From contig CAZSHG010000002.1 of the NCBI GenBank assembly GCA_964606695.1, forward strand, positions 102,507-134,506: a DNA stretch of 32,000 nt, read 5' to 3'. This stretch comes from an uncultured bacterium. GTDB taxonomy: Bacteria; UBP14; UBA6098. The notes under the pieces are model-generated. The model was given only the letters and a program-made list of their open reading frames with translations, had not been told where the DNA came from and searched no databases. The translations under genes and the position numbers were made by a program. Positions within the stretch are counted from its first letter, which is position 1. Each line of letters opens with the position of its first letter. This document shows positions 24,343-32,000 of this stretch, one piece after another.

Positions 24343-25668
24343 ATGAAAGCAAAAATTTTGTTGATCGACGACGAAGCTGGCGGCAGAAGATTGCTTTCCG
24401 GATTTCTTGAAAAACAGGGATACGAAGTCGAAGCTTTTCCCGACGCCAAATCTGCACTGGAGACGTTTACCCGCCGTGGCTACGATATTGCGCTTGTCGA
24501 TGTCAAATTGCCGGGGATGAGCGGTATCGATCTAACAAGAGAGCTACTGAAGATCGATCCAACGTTGCCGGCTGTCCTTGTTACGGCTTATGGTGGTGTG
24601 GATACTGCCGTTTCGGGGATGAAGGCGGGCGCCGCGGATTATCTCACAAAACCCGTTGACCTCGATGAATTGAAGCTCATCATAGGAAAACAGCTGGACC
24701 ACAGACGTCTTCAAGATGAAAATAGGCTTCTCCACGAACAACTCGATTCGGCGTTTCCTGAGGATATCGTTGCCGAATCCAGACAGATGCAGGAGATACT
24801 ATCTACCATATCCAGAATCGCCAGCGCCAATACGGCGGTTCTCATCACCGGAGAATCGGGCGTCGGGAAGGAGTTAGTCGCACGGACAATCCATACTGCC
24901 AGCGGACGGAAAGGGAGTTTTGTGCCCATCAACTGCGCCGCGATACCGGAAAACCTCCTGGAAAGCGAGCTTTTCGGCGCGGAACCGGGGGCATATACCG
25001 GAGCCAACAAACGTATGCGTGGAAAAATAGAACTCGCGGATCGCGGCACTCTCTTCCTGGATGAGATCGGCGAATTGCCGACCGGCTTGCAACCCAAATT
25101 ACTACGATTCCTACAGGAGGGTAGTTTCTTCCGGCTGGGCGGACACGAGGAAATAAGCCCGGACGTTCGCGTTCTGGCCGCTACCAATCGCGATATTAAA
25201 AAAATCATTGCCAACGGCGATATGCGCGAAGACCTATATTTCCGGCTCGCCGTTATAAATATCGATATTCCGCCGCTACGCGAGAGACACAAAGACCTCA
25301 TCGCGCTTTCGACAAAATTAGTCGAGCATTTCGGCGTTAAACACGGCAAGGAAGATATCGGTTTGTCAAAAGAGGCTATGGACAATATCCTGCGTCACTC
25401 GTGGCCGGGCAACGTTCGCGAGTTGTCAAACACTCTCGAACGAGCCGTCCTCCTGACTCGAACCGAACGGATTGAGCCTGAAGATTTGCAGATGTTATCC
25501 CCGTCGAACCTGCCAAAATCCGAAAAATTGGAGGACGTAGAACGCACCCATATTCAGAACGTATTGGAAGCAGTCGATTGGCAAATGTCCCGCGCGGCGG
25601 ACAGACTGGGAATCCATCGAAACACGCTGAGAAATAAGATAAAAGACTACGACCTGGAAAAAGACTGA
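24343..25668 (+). CDS. Sigma-54-dependent response regulator (NtrC/AtoC family: REC, AAA+, Fis-type HTH)
   Basis: 441 aa. REC with D at LVDVKLPGMSG, Walker A GESGVGKE, GAYTGA (GAFTGA variant), ESELFG, C-terminal AADRLGIHRNTLRNKIKDY. Confidence 0.92.
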   Translation: MKAKILLIDDEAGGRRLLSGFLEKQGYEVEAFPDAKSALETFTRRGYDIALVDVKLPGMSGIDLTRELLKIDPTLPAVLVTAYGGVDTAVSGMKAGAADYLTKPVDLDELKLIIGKQLDHRRLQDENRLLHEQLDSAFPEDIVAESRQMQEILSTISRIASANTAVLITGESGVGKELVARTIHTASGRKGSFVPINCAAIPENLLESELFGAEPGAYTGANKRMRGKIELADRGTLFLDEIGELPTGLQPKLLRFLQEGSFFRLGGHEEISPDVRVLAATNRDIKKIIANGDMREDLYFRLAVINIDIPPLRERHKDLIALSTKLVEHFGVKHGKEDIGLSKEAMDNILRHSWPGNVRELSNTLERAVLLTRTERIEPEDLQMLSPSNLPKSEKLEDVERTHIQNVLEAVDWQMSRAADRLGIHRNTLRNKIKDYDLEKD

Positions 25669-25708
25669 AACCGTAAAAATCAATAAACCTCTCGCCGCTT
25701 ATTTTCGT

Positions 25709-25737
25709 TTGACTTAATACGCTCTAATTCTTATTAT
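25709..25737 (+). promoter_or_regulatory. Sigma-70-type promoter for the thioredoxin-like gene
   Basis: TTGACT(25709-25714)-17 nt-TATTAT(25732-25737). ATG 25748 is only 10 nt downstream, with no SD. Confidence 0.45.
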
Positions 25738-25747
25738 ATGTAGTAAT

Positions 25748-26263
25748 ATGTTTGAAAGAATATCAAAATACTCGATTTTAGTCTTACTTGCGTTCGCGGT
25801 TTTTGCCGAATCGTCCCCGGATTGGGAGTGGCTCGATTTTGGGGAGGCCTACCCCCTGGCAATCGAACAGGACAAACACCTCGTGATCAATTTCTACTCC
25901 ACGGGTTGTTTCTGGTGTCGAAAAATGGATAAAGATACTTTCGCCGATACCGCGGTCGTTAATCGTCTCGAATCTGGATTTGTCGGTGCTAAAGTGAATA
26001 TCGGTTCGAATCGTAAAGTCGAATGGCAGGGGCAATCGATTACGGAACATAATCTGGCGCGTCAATTCGGCGTTCGCGGAACGCCTTTCACCGCCTTCGT
26101 CGATACGACCGGCAAGATAGTGGGCTCGGTACCGGGACATATTCCGCCCTTGAGCTTTCTGCCTATGCTTAAATACGTCGAAGGTAGCTGGTATAACGAA
26201 CTCACTTTCCAGGAGTTTCTCGCCAGCGAAGAAGCGTTGAAAAAACTACAAAGCAACCCTTGA
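25748..26263 (+). CDS. Secreted thioredoxin-fold protein (CxxC)
   Basis: 171 aa, signal peptide. NFYSTGCFWCRKMD carries an intact CxxC, and RGTPFTAFVD carries the cis-Pro region. Confidence 0.75.
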   Translation: MFERISKYSILVLLAFAVFAESSPDWEWLDFGEAYPLAIEQDKHLVINFYSTGCFWCRKMDKDTFADTAVVNRLESGFVGAKVNIGSNRKVEWQGQSITEHNLARQFGVRGTPFTAFVDTTGKIVGSVPGHIPPLSFLPMLKYVEGSWYNELTFQEFLASEEALKKLQSNP

Positions 26264-27960
26264 AAATGAGAGATTCCTACTATTCTTTTACCGCCTTGAG
26301 GGGCGGTTTTGTGTTTTTATTCTGCACATTTTGTGCGACACTTCCGGGGCAAGTTATCCTGACCGAGATAATGAACAATCCCGCGGGTGGGGAGACTTCG
26401 ATTCCCGGAGGCGATTCGAACGAGTTTATCGAGGTTTATAACGCCGGTTCCGACAGTGTCGATTTGACCGACTGGTCTTTCAGCGACGGCGACTCGGACG
26501 ACGACCTCGCCGTTGCGGAAGGTATCCTCTCCCCCCTTCCCGACGATCCTGATGGGATTTATAATTCGTTAATCCTCCCGCCGGGCGGATTCGCGTTGAT
26601 ACTCGACCCGGAATATACCGACCCGGCCAACGACCAACCTTACAATTGGCCGGAGGGGACTCTTATTCTTACGATAGCATCTACCAGCGATCTGGGCGGT
26701 TCGAGACTTGCTACTACCGATCCTATCACGCTTTTCGATAACAGCGGATCGCCCGTGGATTCATTCCCGGATCCTTTCGATCCCGGAGACGGTATAAGCG
26801 CCGAGAGGACGTCGATCGAAGGATCGGGATGGGAAGACTGCAATTCGCCCTCGGGAAACACCGCCGGGGCGAGGAATTCCCATTGGCCTTACAGTAACGA
26901 TTTATCTCTGGACTCTCTCACCACGCCGGAAAATCCAGCCACCGAAACTCCGGTAACGGTTTACGCCCATATATCGAACGCGGGAGAAAACCCGGTATCA
27001 GGTGCGGTTATCGAGTTATACGACAGCCCGGATACGATAGTATCTCATCTTCTCGGTTCCGAGGATTTAATTGAAATTCCCGTGGGCGAAACCCGCGTTA
27101 TAGAATTTTCGGTGAACCTGGTTGAAGGATCATACGAGCTTTACGGGAAACTATCTAACGACGATAATATTGCGAATAACAGTAATATTCTATCTCTATT
27201 CGTCGGGCCTTCCGGTTGGCCGATTTGTATATCGGAAATAATGTTCATGCCTGTTACAGGCGAGCCTGAATGGATCGAATTGTATAATTGGGGCGAGGAG
27301 GATATCGACTTAACCGGCTGGCAATTCGGCGACGAAGTGGGACTATACGACATCCCTCCATGCACCTTAACCGCCGGCGCTTTTCTGGTCTTAATCGAGG
27401 ATTCTATCATCTTCGCGGACACGCTTTGCGAGGGATCTATTCTAATCCAACCCGAGGGATGGCCGGCGCTGAACAATAGCGGCGACGTCGTGAGATTATA
27501 CGATGACGCCGGTTTGCCACGCCATTCCATTTTATATACCGACGATCAATTCGGAACCTGCATGGACAACGGAATTTCCGCCGAAGCAATCGAGGAGGGT
27601 AGCTCACAGCTTGCCTGCAGTCCTGGCGGAAGAACGCCGGGATGCGAGAACGCAGTTTGGTTTATAACCCCCGGAACTGCCAGTATCTATGCCGAACCGA
27701 ACCCTTTCGACCCGACTATCGAGCGGACCACGGTCTATTTCGAGCTTCCCTCCGGTGGGATCGAGGTTTACGTTTACGACCGTATGGGGCGGCGAATAGC
27801 TTCGCTGGCCGATCCAGAACATCCGGTGGGATTGGAACTTCCCTGGGATGGTTGTAATGACGACGGCGAAATATTGCCGTCAGGTATGTATATCCTGTTC
27901 GCTAAAGACGCCGAGGGACATAGCGCAAAATCGGTCGTCGCGCTGGAGGGCGGCAGATGA
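26260..27960 (+). CDS. Secreted protein with two lamin-tail domains, a CARDB-like domain and a T9SS-type C-terminal sorting domain
   Basis: LTD signatures VILTEIMNNPAG..EFIEVYNAGSDSVDLTDWSFSDGD and ICISEIMFMPVTGEPEWIELYNWGEEDIDLTGWQFGDE. C-terminus EPNPFDP..VYVYDRMGRRIASL..GMYILFAKDAEGHSAKSVVAL. Start is TTG 26260 or ATG 26266. Confidence 0.8.
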   Translation: MKMRDSYYSFTALRGGFVFLFCTFCATLPGQVILTEIMNNPAGGETSIPGGDSNEFIEVYNAGSDSVDLTDWSFSDGDSDDDLAVAEGILSPLPDDPDGIYNSLILPPGGFALILDPEYTDPANDQPYNWPEGTLILTIASTSDLGGSRLATTDPITLFDNSGSPVDSFPDPFDPGDGISAERTSIEGSGWEDCNSPSGNTAGARNSHWPYSNDLSLDSLTTPENPATETPVTVYAHISNAGENPVSGAVIELYDSPDTIVSHLLGSEDLIEIPVGETRVIEFSVNLVEGSYELYGKLSNDDNIANNSNILSLFVGPSGWPICISEIMFMPVTGEPEWIELYNWGEEDIDLTGWQFGDEVGLYDIPPCTLTAGAFLVLIEDSIIFADTLCEGSILIQPEGWPALNNSGDVVRLYDDAGLPRHSILYTDDQFGTCMDNGISAEAIEEGSSQLACSPGGRTPGCENAVWFITPGTASIYAEPNPFDPTIERTTVYFELPSGGIEVYVYDRMGRRIASLADPEHPVGLELPWDGCNDDGEILPSGMYILFAKDAEGHSAKSVVALEGGR

Positions 27961-29204
27961 TCTGGAAGTTACCGGACGATCGCGAATCCGCCGAGCAGGT
28001 TCGCATTGCAATGGAGATTGCGAACACGCTTCTATCTAAAGGTTTCCCAACCTATATCGTCGGCGGGGCTGTTCGAGATTCTCTGCTCGGTATTCCCAAT
28101 TATGACGTGGATATCTGCACCGCGGCGGACGCTGATTCAATATTCAGTTTACTTCCCGACGCCCGCCCGCACGGCCTGGAACGATATTGCGCTTTCAGGC
28201 TCTCTAACAAAGCCGGCGAATTTGAAATCGCGCATTTCCGGTCGGAAAGCGAATGCGACGGACGCCATTGCAAGGTCGAATTAGTTGATAACCTCGACGA
28301 GGATTTGAGCAGACGGGATTTCACGATTAACGCTCTTGCCGTTGCGCCGAATAACCGCGAGATAATCGATAAATTCGGTGGTCTTGCCGACCTATCCGCA
28401 AGGAAAATCAGGGCTATTGGAGATCCTATGCGCAGGTTTACCGAGGACCATTTGAGAATATTACGTGCAATTCGTTTCGCCGCAAAGCTCGATTTTGAAA
28501 TAGAAAAGGAAACGCAACTTGCGATTCAACATGAAGCAAGTAACGTTAAGCTATTATCAAAAGATAGGTTACGTTCGGAATTGGCTTCGATGCTTACCCA
28601 TAGGAACCCCGGAAAAGCGATTACCCTTCTGGACGAATTAGGAATCTGGCGTCACGTCTTCCCGAAGTTGGCCGAATACCCGGAATCGGAATCATGGCGT
28701 GGTAAAATGGCGATGCTATATAAAATGCAACGCAATGGCCTCCCGATTAATATGCTCTGGACGGTTTTGTTCCTTCCCGAACTACCGGCTTATAGGGCCG
28801 ATATCCGCAAGATAACCGATATAATCAAACGTCTCGGTTTCGCTTCACCGGACATGAAGGAAATTATAAGCCTTTGCACTTTAACGAATTACGCCTATCG
28901 CTTTTCCGATTTGAATATCGGTGAAAAAGTAGAGTTAGCGGATTCCGAACATCTACAAAACGTGCGGTTTATCTTCACAAATATCGATCCCTCAAACGAC
29001 TTCGAGACTTTCTTCCACAGGGAATTTCCCAAACTCGGAAACGACCGTTATCTAAAGGGCGATGCTCTGAAAAGGATACTGGAAAACTCTCCCGGCGATT
29101 CAATCAACCCGGCGCTAATGAGGTTGAGATACGCCGAGCTCGCTGGCGAAGTTAATTCCGCCTCCGAAGCGGAAAATTTTCTGGAAAAGCAACTTACCGC
29201 GTAA
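27957..29204 (+). CDS. cca: tRNA nucleotidyltransferase / poly(A) polymerase family protein (probable CCA-adding enzyme)
   Basis: 415 aa. YIVGGAVRDSLLG, DVDICT, RRDFTINALA: class II nucleotidyltransferase motifs. ATGA overlap with the upstream gene. CCA-adding versus A- or CC-adding activity cannot be decided from sequence. Confidence 0.7.
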   Translation: MIWKLPDDRESAEQVRIAMEIANTLLSKGFPTYIVGGAVRDSLLGIPNYDVDICTAADADSIFSLLPDARPHGLERYCAFRLSNKAGEFEIAHFRSESECDGRHCKVELVDNLDEDLSRRDFTINALAVAPNNREIIDKFGGLADLSARKIRAIGDPMRRFTEDHLRILRAIRFAAKLDFEIEKETQLAIQHEASNVKLLSKDRLRSELASMLTHRNPGKAITLLDELGIWRHVFPKLAEYPESESWRGKMAMLYKMQRNGLPINMLWTVLFLPELPAYRADIRKITDIIKRLGFASPDMKEIISLCTLTNYAYRFSDLNIGEKVELADSEHLQNVRFIFTNIDPSNDFETFFHREFPKLGNDRYLKGDALKRILENSPGDSINPALMRLRYAELAGEVNSASEAENFLEKQLTA

Positions 29205-29385
29205 AAATCCGTCGATTAAACTTAAGTCAAATCAACGAATTACGGTCATTATTTAAAAAATCACTGTAGGAAACCCGCGCCAGCAAAATAATCAAGATTT
29301 GGTTAATTTTCATATTCCTGACTTTTTAAAAAATCCTAACACACTGAAATTCAATTAGTTAGACTTTTTTTTACCATCCCGAAAG

Positions 29386-29399
29386 CGAACATTTGTTCG
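29386..29399. promoter_or_regulatory. Cheo-box-type LexA operator candidate
   Basis: CGAACATTTGTTCG, i.e. CGAAC-N4-GTTCG with perfectly complementary arms. It lies intergenic, 43 nt upstream of the mraZ -35 box. Confidence 0.4.
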
Positions 29400-29441
29400 T
29401 AATCCATTGATATATAAAGAGATATTTTTTTTATTTAAGCC

Positions 29442-29470
29442 TTGACATTAAGTAAAACCTTTTTTATTGT
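29442..29470 (+). promoter_or_regulatory. Sigma-70-type promoter of the dcw cluster (Pmra)
   Basis: TTGACA(29442-29447)-17 nt-TATTGT(29465-29470). Confidence 0.45.
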
Positions 29471-29517
29471 AGGTGGTAGAAAGTGGCGAAAATGGGCTTT
29501 TTTTAGAAAAAAGTGGA
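29471..29517 (+). promoter_or_regulatory. MraZ operator candidate: phased AAGTGG-like direct repeats
   Basis: AGGTGGT (29471), AAGTGGC (29481), AATGGGC (29491) and AAGTGGA (29511) fall at exact 10-nt phasing, immediately downstream of the -10 box. Confidence 0.55.
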
Positions 29518-29526
29518 GAATTAATA

Positions 29527-30009
29527 ATGTTTTTTGGACGTTATGAACATAAAGTGGATACAAAGGGGCGCGTTCAGATACCTATAGCTTTGCGTCGCGC
29601 GGACGAGGACAAGATATACAGCAAATTTACGCTTGTCCGCGGTATCGACGGTTGCCTCGCGTTATTTACCAAAGAAGGTTTTGATAGATTTAGGGACGCC
29701 TATATGTCCGGTAATCCCGGAAGGGAAGCGATTGTTAATTTTCAGAGGGATTTCTATTCTCGCATGGTCGAGATCGAACTGGACAGCCAGGGAAGATTGC
29801 TTCTGCCGAGGCTTCAGCGAGAGGAAGTCGGTATAGACGGCAAAGTTTTGTTTTTAGGAGCGGGAGAGTGGATAGAAATCTGGGATACGGATCGTTACGA
29901 GGAATACTCCAGACGTAGCGAGACTTCCTATGATGAAATCGCAAGACATTTCTTCGCGACGCTGGGCAGGAAACAACCAGACCAGAGCGAGAATGTCGGC
30001 GACAGGTAA
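29527..30009 (+). CDS. mraZ: Transcriptional regulator MraZ
   Basis: ATG 29527 with GGAG SD. MFFGRYEHKVDTKGRVQIPIALRR and the second half-domain LDSQGRLLLPRLQRE are the duplicated SpoVT-AbrB/MraZ motifs. Confidence 0.9.
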   Translation: MFFGRYEHKVDTKGRVQIPIALRRADEDKIYSKFTLVRGIDGCLALFTKEGFDRFRDAYMSGNPGREAIVNFQRDFYSRMVEIELDSQGRLLLPRLQREEVGIDGKVLFLGAGEWIEIWDTDRYEEYSRRSETSYDEIARHFFATLGRKQPDQSENVGDR

Positions 30010-30922
30010 TTACCATAAACCCGTCCTATGCGACGAAGTCATCGACTTTTTTCTCGACGCGCCCAATGCGGTATTCATCGATGCTACCTTAGGGGACGGC
30101 GGCCACACAGAACAGATATTGAAAAGGATTTCCGATTCCGAAGTTATAGGGATCGATCGAGACAGGGAAGCAATAAAATCGGCGTCCAGAAGGCTCATTG
30201 ATTTTGATAATAGAACCACTTTTTTCCGCGGACGATTCGGGAATATCGAAGAAATCGTAGATAATCACGGCAATCCGGTCGTCGGCGGAGTGCTCTTTGA
30301 TTTAGGTTTAAGAACCGGACAGATCGATGATCCCAAACGGGGATTCAGTTACATCAAAGAAGGTCCTCTCGATATGCGTATGGATCCGGATATCGAGATT
30401 TCCGCTTATGACCTTGTGAATGGACTTCCCCGGGGGGAACTGACGCGCACAATAGCGACTTACGGCGAACAACCCGCCGCTGGACGTATAGCGCGATCGA
30501 TCGATATCGCGAGGCGGAAGAAGCCTATCGAAACGACGCTGGAACTCGCCGAGATAGTCAGGAAATCGCTTTATGGAGCTACAGCGGCGGATTTATCGAG
30601 GGTTTTTCAGGCTTTTCGAATAGTGGTAAACGACGAACTCGAAGAATTGTCCAGCGGATTGGAAGAGGCTTTGAAAGTCCTGATTCGTGGCGGAATCCTT
30701 ATTGCAATAAGTTACCATTCGCTCGAAGACCGTATTGTGAAGAAGTTTATCGCCAACGAGGAAAAAGGCTGTATCTGTCCGCCGGATTTGCCGGTTTGTC
30801 GATGTGGCCACAAACCGAATTTGAAAAGGATTAATAAAAAACCGATTCGGCCATCCGAGGGCGAAACGGTAGATAATCCAAAAGCTCGTTCGGCCAAACT
30901 CAGGGCCGCGAGAAAAATATGA
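29993..30922 (+). CDS. rsmH: 16S rRNA (cytosine1402-N4)-methyltransferase
   Basis: From ATG 29993: YHKPVLCDEV, DATLGDGGHT, SYHSLEDRIVK: canonical RsmH/MraW motifs. 17-nt overlap with mraZ. Confidence 0.9.
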   Translation: MSATGNYHKPVLCDEVIDFFLDAPNAVFIDATLGDGGHTEQILKRISDSEVIGIDRDREAIKSASRRLIDFDNRTTFFRGRFGNIEEIVDNHGNPVVGGVLFDLGLRTGQIDDPKRGFSYIKEGPLDMRMDPDIEISAYDLVNGLPRGELTRTIATYGEQPAAGRIARSIDIARRKKPIETTLELAEIVRKSLYGATAADLSRVFQAFRIVVNDELEELSSGLEEALKVLIRGGILIAISYHSLEDRIVKKFIANEEKGCICPPDLPVCRCGHKPNLKRINKKPIRPSEGETVDNPKARSAKLRAARKI

Positions 30923-30942
30923 TATATATTAAGGAGGAGAGA

Positions 30943-31359
30943 ATGAAAGTCAATGTAAGAAGCTTCTTTGCCAGGATCCGTGTCCCGGTTATTCTCGCGG
31001 TGCTTTTTGTTCTCTCCATTATGTTAATCGCCCAGAGGGTCTATATGATAAAGGTTGGCGATAGGATAACTTACCTTCAGAACGAAATCCGATCTTCCGA
31101 AAGCCGTAACGACGAGCTTCAATATGAAATCGGCAGGCTATTGGATACAGAAGAGCTTGCCCAGAAGGCCTGCGACGAGTTCGGACTTCGTTCGGCGAAT
31201 TTTGACGAGATTGTAATCCTAGATGAACCGGTCTCGGAGGTGGTAGCGCCTGGAGCTGGGCCCTGGCAAAAAGTCCGAGTGGCGTTGTCAAACAGTTGGG
31301 AGACAATCATCGCAGGATTACCCGGGGAAGAAAACATTGAAATTAGCGGCTCGATATAG
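30943..31359 (+). CDS. ftsL: Cell division protein FtsL-like (single TM plus coiled coil)
   Basis: ATG 30943 after AAGGAGGAG. TM segment VPVILAVLFVLSIMLIA followed by a heptad-like region. Position between rsmH and ftsI. Confidence 0.7.
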   Translation: MKVNVRSFFARIRVPVILAVLFVLSIMLIAQRVYMIKVGDRITYLQNEIRSSESRNDELQYEIGRLLDTEELAQKACDEFGLRSANFDEIVILDEPVSEVVAPGAGPWQKVRVALSNSWETIIAGLPGEENIEISGSI

Positions 31360-31387
31360 TGGCCGCTTTCTTTATGGTGTGATTTAA

Positions 31388-32000
31388 TTGCTCGCTCGAA
31401 AGAACATAGACAGAATTATTATAGTTGGCTTGTTGGGAGCCGCCGTCTGGCTGATACTATTCGGTCGGCTCTTTATGGTTCAGGTATTGTATGCCGACGA
31501 TTATCGCACTCAAGCCGATTATCAACATCAGAAAAAGCACATCATACCGGCAATTCGGGGCGAGATATTCGATAGAAACGGCGTGGCATTGGCCAGAAAC
31601 ACTGTAGCTTATGATATCTGGACTCGTCCCGAAAAAATCGTGGACGTCGAAAAAGTAGATTCGGCGTTTTCGGCGGTATTGGGTTTCCCGGAAGATTCTA
31701 TCGAGAACCTGCTCGAAGGCAAAACGCCGCACAAATTCGTCTTCCTCGCAAGGGACGTAGAATTATCGAGAGCCGAGCAACTCTTACCACTGGAAAAAGA
31801 CAGCGTTATATTCGACGAAGTCCGCGACCGGGTTTATCCACTTGGGAGGACGGCGTCTCAGGTAATCGGTTTCGTCGATCCTGACGGCAGGGGATTGGAA
31901 GGGACGGAATTCAGTTTCGACAGAGAACTTGCCGGAACGAAGGGGGAAGTAATCGTCCTGTCAGACGCTATGGGTAGGGATTACAAAATATTCCAGTATG
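31388..32000 (+). CDS. ftsI: Penicillin-binding protein 3/FtsI-type transpeptidase, N-terminal part (runs off the window end)
   Basis: Absent from the ORF track because it has no stop in the window. The frame opens after TAA 31385, with a TTG at 31388. It reads LARKNIDRIIIVGLLGAAVWLILFGRLFMVQVLYADDYRTQADYQHQKKHIIPAIRGEIFDRNGVALA..RVYPLGRTASQVIGFVD..GLEGTEFSFD, i.e. a PBP dimerisation-domain pattern. Confidence 0.85.
   Translation, partial: MLARKNIDRIIIVGLLGAAVWLILFGRLFMVQVLYADDYRTQADYQHQKKHIIPAIRGEIFDRNGVALARNTVAYDIWTRPEKIVDVEKVDSAFSAVLGFPEDSIENLLEGKTPHKFVFLARDVELSRAEQLLPLEKDSVIFDEVRDRVYPLGRTASQVIGFVDPDGRGLEGTEFSFDRELAGTKGEVIVLSDAMGRDYKIFQY

Noticed and set aside
23544-25385. Long minus-strand ORFs 23544-23948, 23955-24449 and 24711-25385
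   Set aside because: They are antisense shadows inside the histidine kinase and sigma-54 regulator genes. Their products are Ser/Arg/Pro-rich and low-complexity, typical of the reverse frame.
29473-29526. GTG start of mraZ at 29473, the rsmH start at 29930 and the ftsL start at 30919
   Set aside because: The upstream segment of mraZ is the MraZ operator and SD region. The conserved N-termini begin at ATG 29527 (MFFGRYEHKVD), ATG 29993 (..YHKPVL) and ATG 30943 (after AAGGAGGAG).

Overview
Chromosomal window, roughly 50% GC by eye, most likely from an uncultivated bacterium. Five secreted proteins end in T9SS/Por-type C-terminal sorting domains, which suggests an FCB-type lineage. The intergenic regions carry sigma-70-like TTGACA-N17-TAnnnT promoters and strong GGAGG Shine-Dalgarno sites, so it is probably not a classical Bacteroidetes. 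Most of the window is housekeeping: glyA (partial, missing from the ORF track) and rpiB; a transglutaminase-like/TPR-like/gpsA operon; aspS-phoH; an orphan MalK-like ABC ATPase; ndk and an SDR epimerase; an Omp85-like barrel with a histidine kinase and a sigma-54 response regulator; a thioredoxin-like protein, an LTD protein and cca; and the start of the dcw cluster, mraZ-rsmH-ftsL-ftsI (ftsI partial, also missing from the ORF track). Two regions look accessory or unexplained. (1) 16.35-18.72 kb holds an AT-richer two-gene cassette: a C5 cytosine methyltransferase plus a 318-aa PD-(D/E)XK-like protein I cannot assign to a family. It has a 19-bp tandem duplication at the gene junction and a 62-nt repeat array on its right flank, so it is a candidate R-M or defence island. 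(2) 4773-5596 is an 824-bp convergent intergenic region inside a cluster of T9SS-cargo genes. It contains ten 21-bp tandem units, a 22-codon sORF with a near-perfect SD, and long hairpin elements whose inner stems differ in sequence but keep their pairing. A related hairpin lies at 15095-15144, and several of these carry sigma-54 -24/-12-like strings. Other points of interest are a protein in which both the transglutaminase triad and the thioredoxin CxxC are substituted, a CTD-only mini-protein, a Cheo-type LexA box, and phased MraZ boxes upstream of mraZ. No tRNA, rRNA, CRISPR array or transposase was recognised. All homology calls come from reading motifs by eye; no database search was run.
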